Made by a program: the position numbers and the translations under genes. This document shows positions 35,049 to 43,410 of a DNA stretch of 64,000 nucleotides, piece by piece; position 1 is the stretch's first letter, and every line of letters begins with the position of its first letter. The notes beneath the pieces are model-generated. The model was not told where the DNA came from and did not search any database. It saw only the letters and a program-made list of their open reading frames with translations. The DNA is from Candidatus Micrarchaeia archaeon (GTDB lineage Archaea; Micrarchaeota; Micrarchaeia; Anstonellales; Anstonellaceae), in NCBI GenBank assembly GCA_041659465.1, contig JBAZYD010000007.1, positions 5,670 to 69,669 on the forward strand, given 5' to 3'.

Positions 35049-35435
35049 ATGGTTCCCTGGTTTAAAAAATTCGGCTCAAAGTGGTGGAATAGAAAGATAT
35101 CCGGAGAACCGTTAGCCATCTGGATCGCTATCTTAAGTTTTTTAGTTGCTCTGGGCAGTCTATATATCCAATATGATAAAATTGGTGGTGGCATTCAAAG
35201 TGCCAATATGACTCTTACTGCTGGTATCTCAGATATCAATGCTAATCTCAAAAGTATTAGCTTCACGCTCCACAACACTACTATAATTCAAAAAAATGGC
35301 ACTGGGACTAGTTTTTACGACACCAATTCGACCTGTGCGTGGTGGTGTTTTAATGATACAATAAATCGCTATTGTATCAGACAAGGTCCTTGCTGTGGAA
35401 ATAGCTCGCCCTGTAACGATACAGTTCCTGCTTAG
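35049..35435 (+). CDS. Small membrane-anchored, sequon- and Cys-rich protein in a low-GC islet, hypothetical
   Basis: N-terminal TM (LAIWIAILSFLVALGSLYI), 7 N-x-S/T sequons, C-terminal CAWWCFNDTINRYCIRQGPCCGNSSPC. GC about 38-48% in the sampled lines. Confidence 0.5.
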   Translation: MVPWFKKFGSKWWNRKISGEPLAIWIAILSFLVALGSLYIQYDKIGGGIQSANMTLTAGISDINANLKSISFTLHNTTIIQKNGTGTSFYDTNSTCAWWCFNDTINRYCIRQGPCCGNSSPCNDTVPA

Positions 35436-35490
35436 GTGTTGGTTACTTATCGGCTTGTTTATGGTTATTTTGTAGCTCTATTAATCACAA

Positions 35491-37065
35491 CTAGAAGTCG
35501 GTGATTTTCTTCTGTTCCTCCTTTGCTTTCCTTCTTTTCCTTTCCCTTGATGCGCCGGATGCAGGCGCGCCGCCTGAAGCTGCAAGACTCCCATCCGCCG
35601 CAGCAGGCGCAGATGCTTGGGAATGCGCAAACTGCCGCTTCATCCTGCCAACAATCTTTTTCATGTTCTCCTCCTTCTTCCTAGACGAGTGCAAATGCCC
35701 CTCGTCGCGCGTGCCTTCGGCGACCAGCACCACCACTTTCCCGGCGCGCAGCCTGCCGGCCCTGCCGCGGCGCTGTATGGAGCGGATTTCGGAAGGGATG
35801 GGCTCGAAGAAGACCACGGTGTCCACTGACGGGATGTCGAGGCCTTCCTCACCTATGGAAGTTGCCGCCATCACGGAGAATTCCCCGTGCGCAAAGCGCT
35901 CAATTGTTTTCCTCTGCTCCTCCGCAGTGACGCCTTCCTTCTTGCCTACGAAGCGCTCCGTGGAGAACCCTTTTGCGCGGAGGTACTCCACAATCGCCTT
36001 CACGGTGTCGCGGTATTGCGCGAACACGAGCGTTTTCTCATCCTTCGCAGAAGGGGCGGACAAAAGCTCGCACAGCTTCTCAAGCTTGGGGTGCGCCTCG
36101 GCGGCCCCGCAAATCCTCACGGCTTCCATAAAGCGCCTGTCTGCGAATATCCTGTGCCTTGCCTTGGTGTCCTCGCGCGCCTCCATTTTTTTCACATAGG
36201 AAAGGAACGGCGCAGGCCCCTGCGTCTCGATGAGCTCCAGCATGTGGGACAGGTTGAACACGGTTGCATAGAAGGAAAGCGCGGTGTAGCGGCTTTTCTC
36301 GCTCATGCGCAGTATCCTGCCGCGGAGCTCGACGAGCGCGCGCTTGGAGCGGAAAGGCACGTGCATGCCGAAAGAGGACAGGCGGTCTGCGGCCTCGTGG
36401 AGCATTTCCTCGAGGAGCAATCGCGCGGACGTGAAGCTCTTCCCCAATGGCACGCGGATGTAGGTGACGTCGAGGGGCATCATATAGGGCAGCACGTCGG
36501 GGTCTTCCGCCGTCCGGATTTCTATGTTCTTTATGCCCAGGATTTCCACTATCTCCTCAATACGCGCCTTGTTGCCCCCAGGCGAGGCAGTGAGCCCGAG
36601 CACGAGCGCGCCGGCTTTTGCGCACTCGGTTGCGACATAGGTGTAGGCGTAGCTGCCCACGGCGCGGTGCGCCTCGTCCACTACCACAAGCGCAATGCCT
36701 GCGTTCGCCCTGCCTTTTTTCAGGTCGTTCTGAAGCGTCTGCGGGGTGGAAAAGCACGCTTTTCTTTTCCACATCCCCTCGCGCTTTTTCGGGGCGACTT
36801 CGCCCGTTATCAGCGCGGTGCCTTCCTCGGGAAAATTTGTCATCTCAAGAAAAGTTTTATGGTGCTGGCGCACCAATGGCTTTGTCGGGGCAAGGAACAC
36901 CACGCGCCCTGCTTTCAGCCGCTCTTCCATCACCAGGAATGCGACAAGCGTCTTTCCAAGGCCGGTTGGAAGCACCACTAATGTGTTGCCGCGCGCAAGC
37001 GCGGATGCTGCGATTGCAGACTGGTAGGCGCGGGGGATTATGCCCTCGCGCAGGAATGGCGCCAT
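35491..37065 (-). CDS. hef: Hef/FANCM-like SF2 helicase (COG1111) without an ERCC4 nuclease domain
   Basis: PRAYQ...VVLPTGLGKT (motif I), VVDEAHRAVGSYAY (DEAH), GLTASPG, ATSIGEEGLDIP, QRRGRAGR. K/R-rich tail. Confidence 0.85.
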   Translation of the reverse strand: MAPFLREGIIPRAYQSAIAASALARGNTLVVLPTGLGKTLVAFLVMEERLKAGRVVFLAPTKPLVRQHHKTFLEMTNFPEEGTALITGEVAPKKREGMWKRKACFSTPQTLQNDLKKGRANAGIALVVVDEAHRAVGSYAYTYVATECAKAGALVLGLTASPGGNKARIEEIVEILGIKNIEIRTAEDPDVLPYMMPLDVTYIRVPLGKSFTSARLLLEEMLHEAADRLSSFGMHVPFRSKRALVELRGRILRMSEKSRYTALSFYATVFNLSHMLELIETQGPAPFLSYVKKMEAREDTKARHRIFADRRFMEAVRICGAAEAHPKLEKLCELLSAPSAKDEKTLVFAQYRDTVKAIVEYLRAKGFSTERFVGKKEGVTAEEQRKTIERFAHGEFSVMAATSIGEEGLDIPSVDTVVFFEPIPSEIRSIQRRGRAGRLRAGKVVVLVAEGTRDEGHLHSSRKKEENMKKIVGRMKRQFAHSQASAPAAADGSLAASGGAPASGASRERKRRKAKEEQKKITDF

Positions 37066-37177
37066 GGAAGGAAGATAGGGCGCAGGGTTTAATTACTTGA
37101 CGCGAGTAGTATGCCAGTGGTGCGGCAGGCGATGCTGCCCAGGAAAAATTGATGCCTGTGGCGCAGGATGCCTTGCA

Positions 37178-37390
37178 TTGAACGGTGATTGTGTGATTCT
37201 TCCAAAAGCCCCTGTCGAGAAGCTGATACGCGAGGCCGGCGCGCGCAGGGTGAGCGACGGCGCGGCAGTGGAGCTTGCGGAAGTGCTTGAGAAGATAGGC
37301 ACTGACATTTCGGTGCGCGCGCTTCGGCTTGCCAAGCACGCAGGAAGGAAGACCATTACCGCGGCGGACATCAAGCTTGCCAAGCCCTGA
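37178..37390 (+). CDS. Archaeal histone (HMf-type histone fold)
   Basis: LPKAPVEKLIREAGARRVSDGAAVELAEVLEKIGTDISVRALRLAKHAGRKTITAADIKLA. The ORF opens at TTG 37097, inside the divergent hef TATA region. Shorter starts at TTG 37178 or GTG 37193 fit a 66-71-aa histone. Confidence 0.85.
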   Translation: MNGDCVILPKAPVEKLIREAGARRVSDGAAVELAEVLEKIGTDISVRALRLAKHAGRKTITAADIKLAKP

Positions 37391-37432
37391 TTTTCTTCGT
37401 CGCCTGGTTTGTGACCGAACGATAACCAAACG

Positions 37433-37441
37433 ATTTATAAT
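37433..37441 (+). promoter_or_regulatory. TATA box for the 37464 gene
   Basis: atttataat lies 23-31 nt upstream of the ATG. Confidence 0.5.
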
Positions 37442-37463
37442 CACATTTTCCACAGGTTAAACC

Positions 37464-38294
37464 ATGAAAAAAATGCTATCGTTCGCGCTATTGCTCATGC
37501 TCGCGCTTCCGCTTGCCTTTGCAACAAGCTCTGCCTCGTTTTCCACAGGCTCGGCCAGCCTGCCGGAGAATATCGAGATGGCAGGGCATTTCGGCAACTA
37601 CACGCTTGTTGCATTCTCATCGGGCGGGAAAGTGACGGTGGCAATTTTCGGCGAAAACGAGAGCCAATCTTCCCTTGCCTCGGAAATAAATTGGCTGGTG
37701 CAGAACGGGAAATTCTACACTATTTGCGATATTGGCGCAATGCCTGCGCCTGCCAGGGAGCAGGAGGCATATTGCAACATGAATGGGATGTGGGCGGAGG
37801 AGAGCGCAATCGCGCCAACCCAAGCGCCTGCGCCCACAGGCAGCGCGGCCACGCAGGACAACGGGGCCGGAAGGACTGCAATGTCAGCAGCAGGCGCACC
37901 CCAGGAAAAGTCATTGCAGGCGCCAGCCGCGCAGACAGCGCCTTCGGGAATCGGCTTCGAGCAGACGCTTCAGCTCCTTGGCGCATTCCTTGCGGTCCTT
38001 GTGGCATCCTACCTGATATTGCAAAGCAGGCACGAGCCAGTGCTTGATGCCGCGACTGAAAAGCTGCTGGACAACCCCACGCGCGCAGGCATAATGGAGG
38101 AATTGTCCTCTGCGGACAAGATACCGACAGACATCTCCAACAAGCTTGGCAAGAGCAAGGCCGCCGTGGTGGAGCATTTGGCGGCATTGTCCGAGGCAGG
38201 GCTTGTGGAGCGCATTGCCACGCCTGGCAAGAAGTTCGTTTTCTACAAGCTCACGCAGAAAGGCAGGCAGGCTCTTTTGAGAAGGGCTGGCTAG
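37464..38294 (+). CDS. Membrane-tethered ArsR-like winged-helix protein
   Basis: Signal-like N-terminus, about 150-aa external part, TM (LLGAFLAVLVASYLIL), then LLDNPTRAGIMEELS...IPTDISNKLGKSKAAVVEHLAALSEAGLVERI...FYKLTQKG (wHTH). Confidence 0.7.
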   Translation: MKKMLSFALLLMLALPLAFATSSASFSTGSASLPENIEMAGHFGNYTLVAFSSGGKVTVAIFGENESQSSLASEINWLVQNGKFYTICDIGAMPAPAREQEAYCNMNGMWAEESAIAPTQAPAPTGSAATQDNGAGRTAMSAAGAPQEKSLQAPAAQTAPSGIGFEQTLQLLGAFLAVLVASYLILQSRHEPVLDAATEKLLDNPTRAGIMEELSSADKIPTDISNKLGKSKAAVVEHLAALSEAGLVERIATPGKKFVFYKLTQKGRQALLRRAG

Positions 38295-39079
38295 GCGTTC
38301 CTTGTCCGCCGCTTTTTCGCTTCCCTCATCACTGCGTGCGCCGCGCGGAGGAAAAGTCGCCTTGCCTTTGCTTTCCTAAGCACGCGCAGCCCGTGGAACG
38401 TTATCCCGTTCTTCGTTGCCACCATTTTTTCCAATTCAGGCGGCCGTATCCCCTTTTCCAGTATGAGCGCGCCTGCGCCTTCAGCCGCTTTTGCGGATAG
38501 AGTGAGCGCCTGCCCATAGGAAAGCCCGTGGCGCTCCCCTGCCTTTGCCATCCCTTCGATTGCAGCGAGGAAAAACGCTATGCCTGAGCTGTGCAGGAAT
38601 GCGGTGTCCATGTCGCTTTCCCTCCTCGCCCTGATGACCGCGCCCGTGGGCGCCAACAGCGCCTCTACCTCGTTGGCATCCATGCGCGACTCGGCAAAAT
38701 ACATCGTGGCGCCCTTGCCTATCTGCACGGCAAGGTTGGGCATGATGAGCGCCACGCGGCAGCTTCTTGGCACGCGCTTCTTGAAGTATGAGAAGGGGAG
38801 GCCTGCGACAACGGAGATTATCAGCGTTTCGCCCAGCTCCTTTTGTATTTCCTCCAAAAGCGCAGGCGTGGCATCTGGCTTGACCGCGATTATTATGGCG
38901 TCCGCACCTTCCACAGCCTCCTTTGCGGTCCTTGCAACCCCTGCGCCTGTTTTTCTTGCAAGCGCTGCGGCTTTTGCGTGCGAGTGGTCGCACAGGACAA
39001 GCTTTGCCCCTTTGCCGCGCGCGATGCCGATTGCAAGCGCGCCGCCCATCTTTCCAGCGCCTAAAATGCACACTTTCAT
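38291..39079 (-). CDS. proC: Pyrroline-5-carboxylate reductase family oxidoreductase
   Basis: MKVCILGAGKMGGALAIG (Rossmann), AVKPDATPALLEEI, and a ProC-like C-terminal dimerisation region. TATA-like element at 39102-39109. Confidence 0.75.
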   Translation of the reverse strand: MKVCILGAGKMGGALAIGIARGKGAKLVLCDHSHAKAAALARKTGAGVARTAKEAVEGADAIIIAVKPDATPALLEEIQKELGETLIISVVAGLPFSYFKKRVPRSCRVALIMPNLAVQIGKGATMYFAESRMDANEVEALLAPTGAVIRARRESDMDTAFLHSSGIAFFLAAIEGMAKAGERHGLSYGQALTLSAKAAEGAGALILEKGIRPPELEKMVATKNGITFHGLRVLRKAKARRLFLRAAHAVMREAKKRRTRNA

Positions 39080-39254
39080 GTGCCTTATTTTTCCCTAGGG
39101 GTATATAATGGCTTTCCAGGCGTTTTCAGCCATTTCCAGCGCAAAAGCAACGAAAAACGCCCACCCTTGCCGAAAAACACCAGCCGCGCGCCATGGTTTG
39201 ACAGGGCAAACCATTAAAAATCACGCACGTCATAACTACTGACGAAGACCAGAA

Positions 39255-40298
39255 ATGAGCAAGGAAGTTATGCACATGGGTACGCAAGGGCATCTAAAAC
39301 AGAAAACAAGGAAGCAATCCGACAGTCCAACTACTACCAAAAGGCCAGGAAAATTCGGCAGGTTTGCCCGCCGGGCCGTGCTGTTTGCCGGACTCGCGGC
39401 AGGAATCATCGCTCCTTCCCTTTCAAGCGCGCAGGGAAAAGACATTGCCAAGGCGTTCCCTTCGCAGGATGGCGACAAGAACAAGATTGCGCTCACAACG
39501 GCAGGCGAAAAGCTCCTTCCGAAAAACACGCTTGTGCTTCCCGACACCGCGCCCGTGCCGTCATACACGCGCAATGTGACGCCTGTCGGCGGGGTTCCGG
39601 AGAATGCCACGGCAGATGGCAAGGATGCAAAGAAGATAGAGCCCGACCCGAACGGACCATTCAAAGTTGAAGGTGGATGGGCAGAGAGCGTGGAGATAAG
39701 GAATGATAGTTTGATTTTTAATAAAGTTGAAGTGAATGGAAAAAAGGCTACTTATGGTGGTGCACCGATCGGAGAATTTCTAATGTCAAGGGGGATTGTT
39801 CCTGAGAACCGTTCGATAAAAAGTAGCGAACTAAGAGAGATTAATGCAGATAACCGATGTGGTGCAATAGTATTTGTATCGAATGGAAAAAGCCTGCTCT
39901 ATTATTTGACAACAAATTTGACTAAAAATGATTTTGGAGCCGTAGCTGTAAGCGCATCAGACGGTTCAGTTCCATTCGAGCACAAAGAAGCATTGATAGT
40001 GAGTCTCGACGGATCGGCATTTACATTGACACCAACTACATTCCTTGGCTTAATACCAGTGAAAGACAAATTCCTAAAGATAGATATGACATTTAGCGAG
40101 ATTGTTGGACAGACAATCCCCCCATTTGAAAAGCCAGTTATTGACATTAAAAATGGGAAAGTAAGAATCCGAGATAGAACAATAAGTGATGAAGCTGGAA
40201 AGAAATATGATCTGCTCATTAATCCATTTACTATCATGTTAAATCCAAAGGGAAGCATTGAGCTTGTTGAAAGTGGCGAACCATTGACAAAAAATTAA
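39255..40298 (+). CDS. Secreted hypothetical protein (possible twin-arginine signal), compositionally chimeric
   Basis: GRFARRAVLFAGLAAGIIAPSLSSAQG. GC is high up to about 39680, then falls to about 35%. Confidence 0.6.
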   Translation: MSKEVMHMGTQGHLKQKTRKQSDSPTTTKRPGKFGRFARRAVLFAGLAAGIIAPSLSSAQGKDIAKAFPSQDGDKNKIALTTAGEKLLPKNTLVLPDTAPVPSYTRNVTPVGGVPENATADGKDAKKIEPDPNGPFKVEGGWAESVEIRNDSLIFNKVEVNGKKATYGGAPIGEFLMSRGIVPENRSIKSSELREINADNRCGAIVFVSNGKSLLYYLTTNLTKNDFGAVAVSASDGSVPFEHKEALIVSLDGSAFTLTPTTFLGLIPVKDKFLKIDMTFSEIVGQTIPPFEKPVIDIKNGKVRIRDRTISDEAGKKYDLLINPFTIMLNPKGSIELVESGEPLTKN

Positions 40299-40313
40299 TT
40301 TCAAGGTGAATAA

Positions 40314-41129
40314 ATGTTCTTATTCCAGGGGACAGGATCAGTTTGGGGAAAAGCGACAATTGAAAAGGTCAGTAAACAACAAATCCAAGCAGAAACGATT
40401 GTTTCTGATGCAGTGGCAAAAGGCAAATCAAACAACGAAATAGTACAAGGCCTAAAGAAGAACGGATTTGAAGTTGAAGTCAAGGATAAAGCAGGCGTAG
40501 TATTGTATCCGCCGGGATTTGTACCTAAACAAGAAGAGTTCAATAAAAACAAAGAACTTTCTCTGAATGTAATCCAGAATGAAAAGAAAATAGCAATGTT
40601 AGAAATTGATAAAGAAAAAGGGACAATAAATGGCAAACAAGCTGAAAAAATAGAGGCAGTCGAGGAGAGACTGAATGGGGCTTTGGCAGTTGTTAATGAT
40701 CTTTTTACGGGTAAATATGGAAAAATTGAAGAACTTGCAGAGTTTATATCCGCAAATGCTAATGATCCAACTTTGGCAAAAGTAGTAATAGAAATTAAAC
40801 AGACAGATAAGATGGCAATGGGATTCATGCAGCAGCCAAACTCGCAAGAGATACTGAACCAACCAGAAAATGCAGAGACAAAGAAACTATATGAAACTAA
40901 CCAAATATCTGCAACAGAAGTGGTCAGACGATTGGGCTTGGAAAAGGATTTCAAGAACTGGCTCCAGGAACAGCTTGACGCGATTGGGGGCATTAAGGAC
41001 GCAGGAACCACTTCAGCACCGATGGGGCGAATAATTTCATATCAGTGGCAAGGCATCATAAACCGAAAGGATGAAGATAACATGGCTGAAGTTCAGAAAA
41101 GGGACGAGGACGCCATCAAGAAGGGTTAA
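40314..41129 (+). CDS. Hypothetical K/E-rich protein in a low-GC islet
   Basis: 271-aa ORF at about 33-38% GC. No signal peptide and no family recognised. Confidence 0.55.
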   Translation: MFLFQGTGSVWGKATIEKVSKQQIQAETIVSDAVAKGKSNNEIVQGLKKNGFEVEVKDKAGVVLYPPGFVPKQEEFNKNKELSLNVIQNEKKIAMLEIDKEKGTINGKQAEKIEAVEERLNGALAVVNDLFTGKYGKIEELAEFISANANDPTLAKVVIEIKQTDKMAMGFMQQPNSQEILNQPENAETKKLYETNQISATEVVRRLGLEKDFKNWLQEQLDAIGGIKDAGTTSAPMGRIISYQWQGIINRKDEDNMAEVQKRDEDAIKKG

Positions 41130-41151
41130 TGCTGGAACTTCTTTTTCATCC

Positions 41152-41751
41152 TTATTGCATCGCAAAGTAGAGGAACCTCTGCCCGAATGTTATCGCCGCC
41201 AGCACTGCCCCTGCGAAGAGCAGGAAGGATGCGCAGCTTAGGCAGAAGGGGACAAGCGCGAGCGCGATGAAGAGAAGGATGAGGCGCTCTGCGCGCGGGA
41301 AGATGCCGGGCTGTGATGCGAGCTTGCGCGCGTTAGCGACCTTTCTGTGGTCTGCGTACGCGGTGGCAAAGCTTGTCATGCACGAGCCGAAGAAAAGGAA
41401 TGCGATTATCCATGCCGCAGCCGGAAGGATGAATGGAGGGAGCGCGTAGAAGAAAAACGAGCAGGCGAACAGGAATTCCACCAGCCTGTCTATCATGCCG
41501 TCTATGTAGGCGCCGCGCGTGGAAACCTCCTTCCTTGCGCGCGCAACCGCGCCGTCGATTGCGTCGGTGGCGCCTGAAAGGATGAAAAAGAGCAGGGAAA
41601 GGAGAGGCTGCTGCGCGTAGGCGAAATAGAAGCCCACAAGCGCGAGAAGGAGCGCGCACACAGTAATCTGATTCGCCGAGAGGGGAAGGCAGGAGAAAAG
41701 CCTTCCTGCCTCTTGCTGGAAGCGCACGCCAATGCTTGTTTTTTTGAGCAT
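41152..41751 (-). CDS. CDP-alcohol phosphatidyltransferase, probable archaetidylinositol-phosphate synthase
   Basis: DAIDGAVARARKEVSTRGAYIDGMIDRL is the D-G-x2-A-R-x8-G-x3-D-x3-D motif. Lies immediately downstream of MIPS. Start at MLKKTS. Confidence 0.75.
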   Translation of the reverse strand: MLKKTSIGVRFQQEAGRLFSCLPLSANQITVCALLLALVGFYFAYAQQPLLSLLFFILSGATDAIDGAVARARKEVSTRGAYIDGMIDRLVEFLFACSFFFYALPPFILPAAAWIIAFLFFGSCMTSFATAYADHRKVANARKLASQPGIFPRAERLILLFIALALVPFCLSCASFLLFAGAVLAAITFGQRFLYFAMQ

Positions 41752-41753
41752 GG

Positions 41754-43085
41754 TTACACCTTGCCTGTCCCCCAGTAGTCGTAATACTCTATTCCAAGGT
41801 GCGTTATCAGCTCCTCGCCCATGAGGTAGCGCAGCGTGTTTTTCAGCTTCATGTGCTGGATGAACAGGTCGTGCTCGGGATGCACCGAAGGGGCGTGCAT
41901 GGGCGCCTTGAAGTAAAAGGACAGCCACTCCTGCATGCCGGACATGTGTGCGCGCGCAGCAAGGTCCATGAAAAGCGCAAGGTCAAGCACAATGGGCGCG
42001 GCCAAAATGCTGTCCTTGCACAGGAAATTTATCTTCAGCTGCATGGGGTATCCCATCCAGCCGAATATGTCTATGTTGTCCCAGCCCTCCTTGTCGTCGT
42101 TTTTCGGGGGATAGTACTCGATGCGCACCTTGTGGTACATGTCCTTGTACAATTCAGGGTACATGTCCGGCTGGAAGATGAACTCCAGCGAGGATTTCTT
42201 GCTCATTTCCTTGCTCTTGAAAGAGCCTGCGTCGTCAAGCACCAATCCGTCTCGGTTTCCCAATATGTTTGTGGAAAACCATCCGCGCACGCCAAGCATC
42301 CTTGCCTTGAACATGGGAGCAATGGCGGTTTTCACCAATGTTTGCCCTGTCTTGAAGTCCTTGCCAGCTATCGGGATGCCTTTTTTTCTTGCAAGGTCTG
42401 TAAGCGCAGGTATGTCAAGCGTGAGCTGCGGGGAGCCGTTGGTATAGGGGACGCCTTCCATTATGGCGGCGTAGGCGTAAATCATCGAGGGGGAAATTGA
42501 GGGGTTGCTTTCAACAAGACCCTTTTCAAACGCCTCGAGGCTTTCGTGCACAGGCTGGAGCGTCATGTAGGATTCAGTGCTTGCGCACCAGACGACAACC
42601 ATCCGAGAGAGGTTTTTCTCTTTTTTGAAGTTTTTGATGTCCTCGCGCAATTGATTTGCCAAGTCAAGCTTGTTTTTCCCTTTTTTCACGTTCGGGCCGT
42701 CTATGTTCTTGATGAAATTATGGTCAAACACCGCCTTCATGGGCTTGATTTTCTCGAGCTCGTCTTTTACGATGTCAATGTGCTCGCGCGTCAGCACGCC
42801 TGCTTTTACCGCAGCCTCGTAGGCGTTGTCTGGGAAAATGTCCCATGCGGCGAATTCAAGGTCGTTCAATGAAGCGAGCGGCACAAAGTCCTTGATGAGC
42901 GGCGCCTTTTTCGCATCGCGCTTGCCAAGCCGTATTGTCTGCATCTGGGTGAGGCTGCCGACGGGAAGCAGTTTTTTCCTGCGCGCAAGCATCACGCCCG
43001 CGATGAACGTGGTGGACACCGCGCCCAGGCCGGGAAGCAGTATGCCGAGCTTGCCTTTTGCTGGCTCTATTTTCACGTTTGCCAT
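41754..43085 (-). CDS. myo-inositol-1-phosphate synthase
   Basis: GILLPGLGAVSTTFIAG, VVWCASTE, NGSPQ, SKEMSKKSSLE..., typical archaeal/bacterial MIPS. Start at MANVKIE. Confidence 0.9.
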   Translation of the reverse strand: MANVKIEPAKGKLGILLPGLGAVSTTFIAGVMLARRKKLLPVGSLTQMQTIRLGKRDAKKAPLIKDFVPLASLNDLEFAAWDIFPDNAYEAAVKAGVLTREHIDIVKDELEKIKPMKAVFDHNFIKNIDGPNVKKGKNKLDLANQLREDIKNFKKEKNLSRMVVVWCASTESYMTLQPVHESLEAFEKGLVESNPSISPSMIYAYAAIMEGVPYTNGSPQLTLDIPALTDLARKKGIPIAGKDFKTGQTLVKTAIAPMFKARMLGVRGWFSTNILGNRDGLVLDDAGSFKSKEMSKKSSLEFIFQPDMYPELYKDMYHKVRIEYYPPKNDDKEGWDNIDIFGWMGYPMQLKINFLCKDSILAAPIVLDLALFMDLAARAHMSGMQEWLSFYFKAPMHAPSVHPEHDLFIQHMKLKNTLRYLMGEELITHLGIEYYDYWGTGKV

Positions 43086-43182
43086 ATTAAGCACCTCGAT
43101 GACTATTATATGAAATCTATAATAGTATAGGATTATAAGAATAGCGCTTGCCGGCAGCCACGCCACGAGGTTAACCTACTGC

Positions 43183-43190
43183 TTTTAAAC
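43183..43190 (+). promoter_or_regulatory. TATA box for tRNA-Leu
   Basis: ttttaaac lies 23-30 nt upstream of tRNA position +1. Confidence 0.45.
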
Positions 43191-43212
43191 CTCAATTTTC
43201 AGAAATTGACCC

Positions 43213-43369
43213 GCAGGGGTGGCGGAGCCCGGTTTAACGCGCCAGACTCAAGATCTCCGCGCTTCGGCGCGGCATGCGTTATCTGGTGACTTAGGTCTTC
43301 GGGAGTTCGAACGCCGTTGTTTGGCAACAACGTGTTGCCAGCCTTCGGCTGACAATCTCCCCCCCTGCA
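43213..43369 (+). tRNA. tRNA-Leu (anticodon CAA) with two introns: anticodon loop (28 nt, about 43253-43281) and T-loop (about 43 nt, about 43312-43354)
   Basis: GCAGGGG/CCCCTGC acceptor, 3-bp D stem GCG/CGC with a 13-nt loop, CCAGA-CTCAAGA[intron]-TCTGG, long variable arm TGACTTAGGTCTTC, GGGAG-TTCGAA[intron]T-CTCCC, discriminator A. Confidence 0.85.
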
Positions 43370-43410
43370 CTCCTATTTCTAAAGAAGACTTGCCACAGTC
43401 AAAGCAGGCA

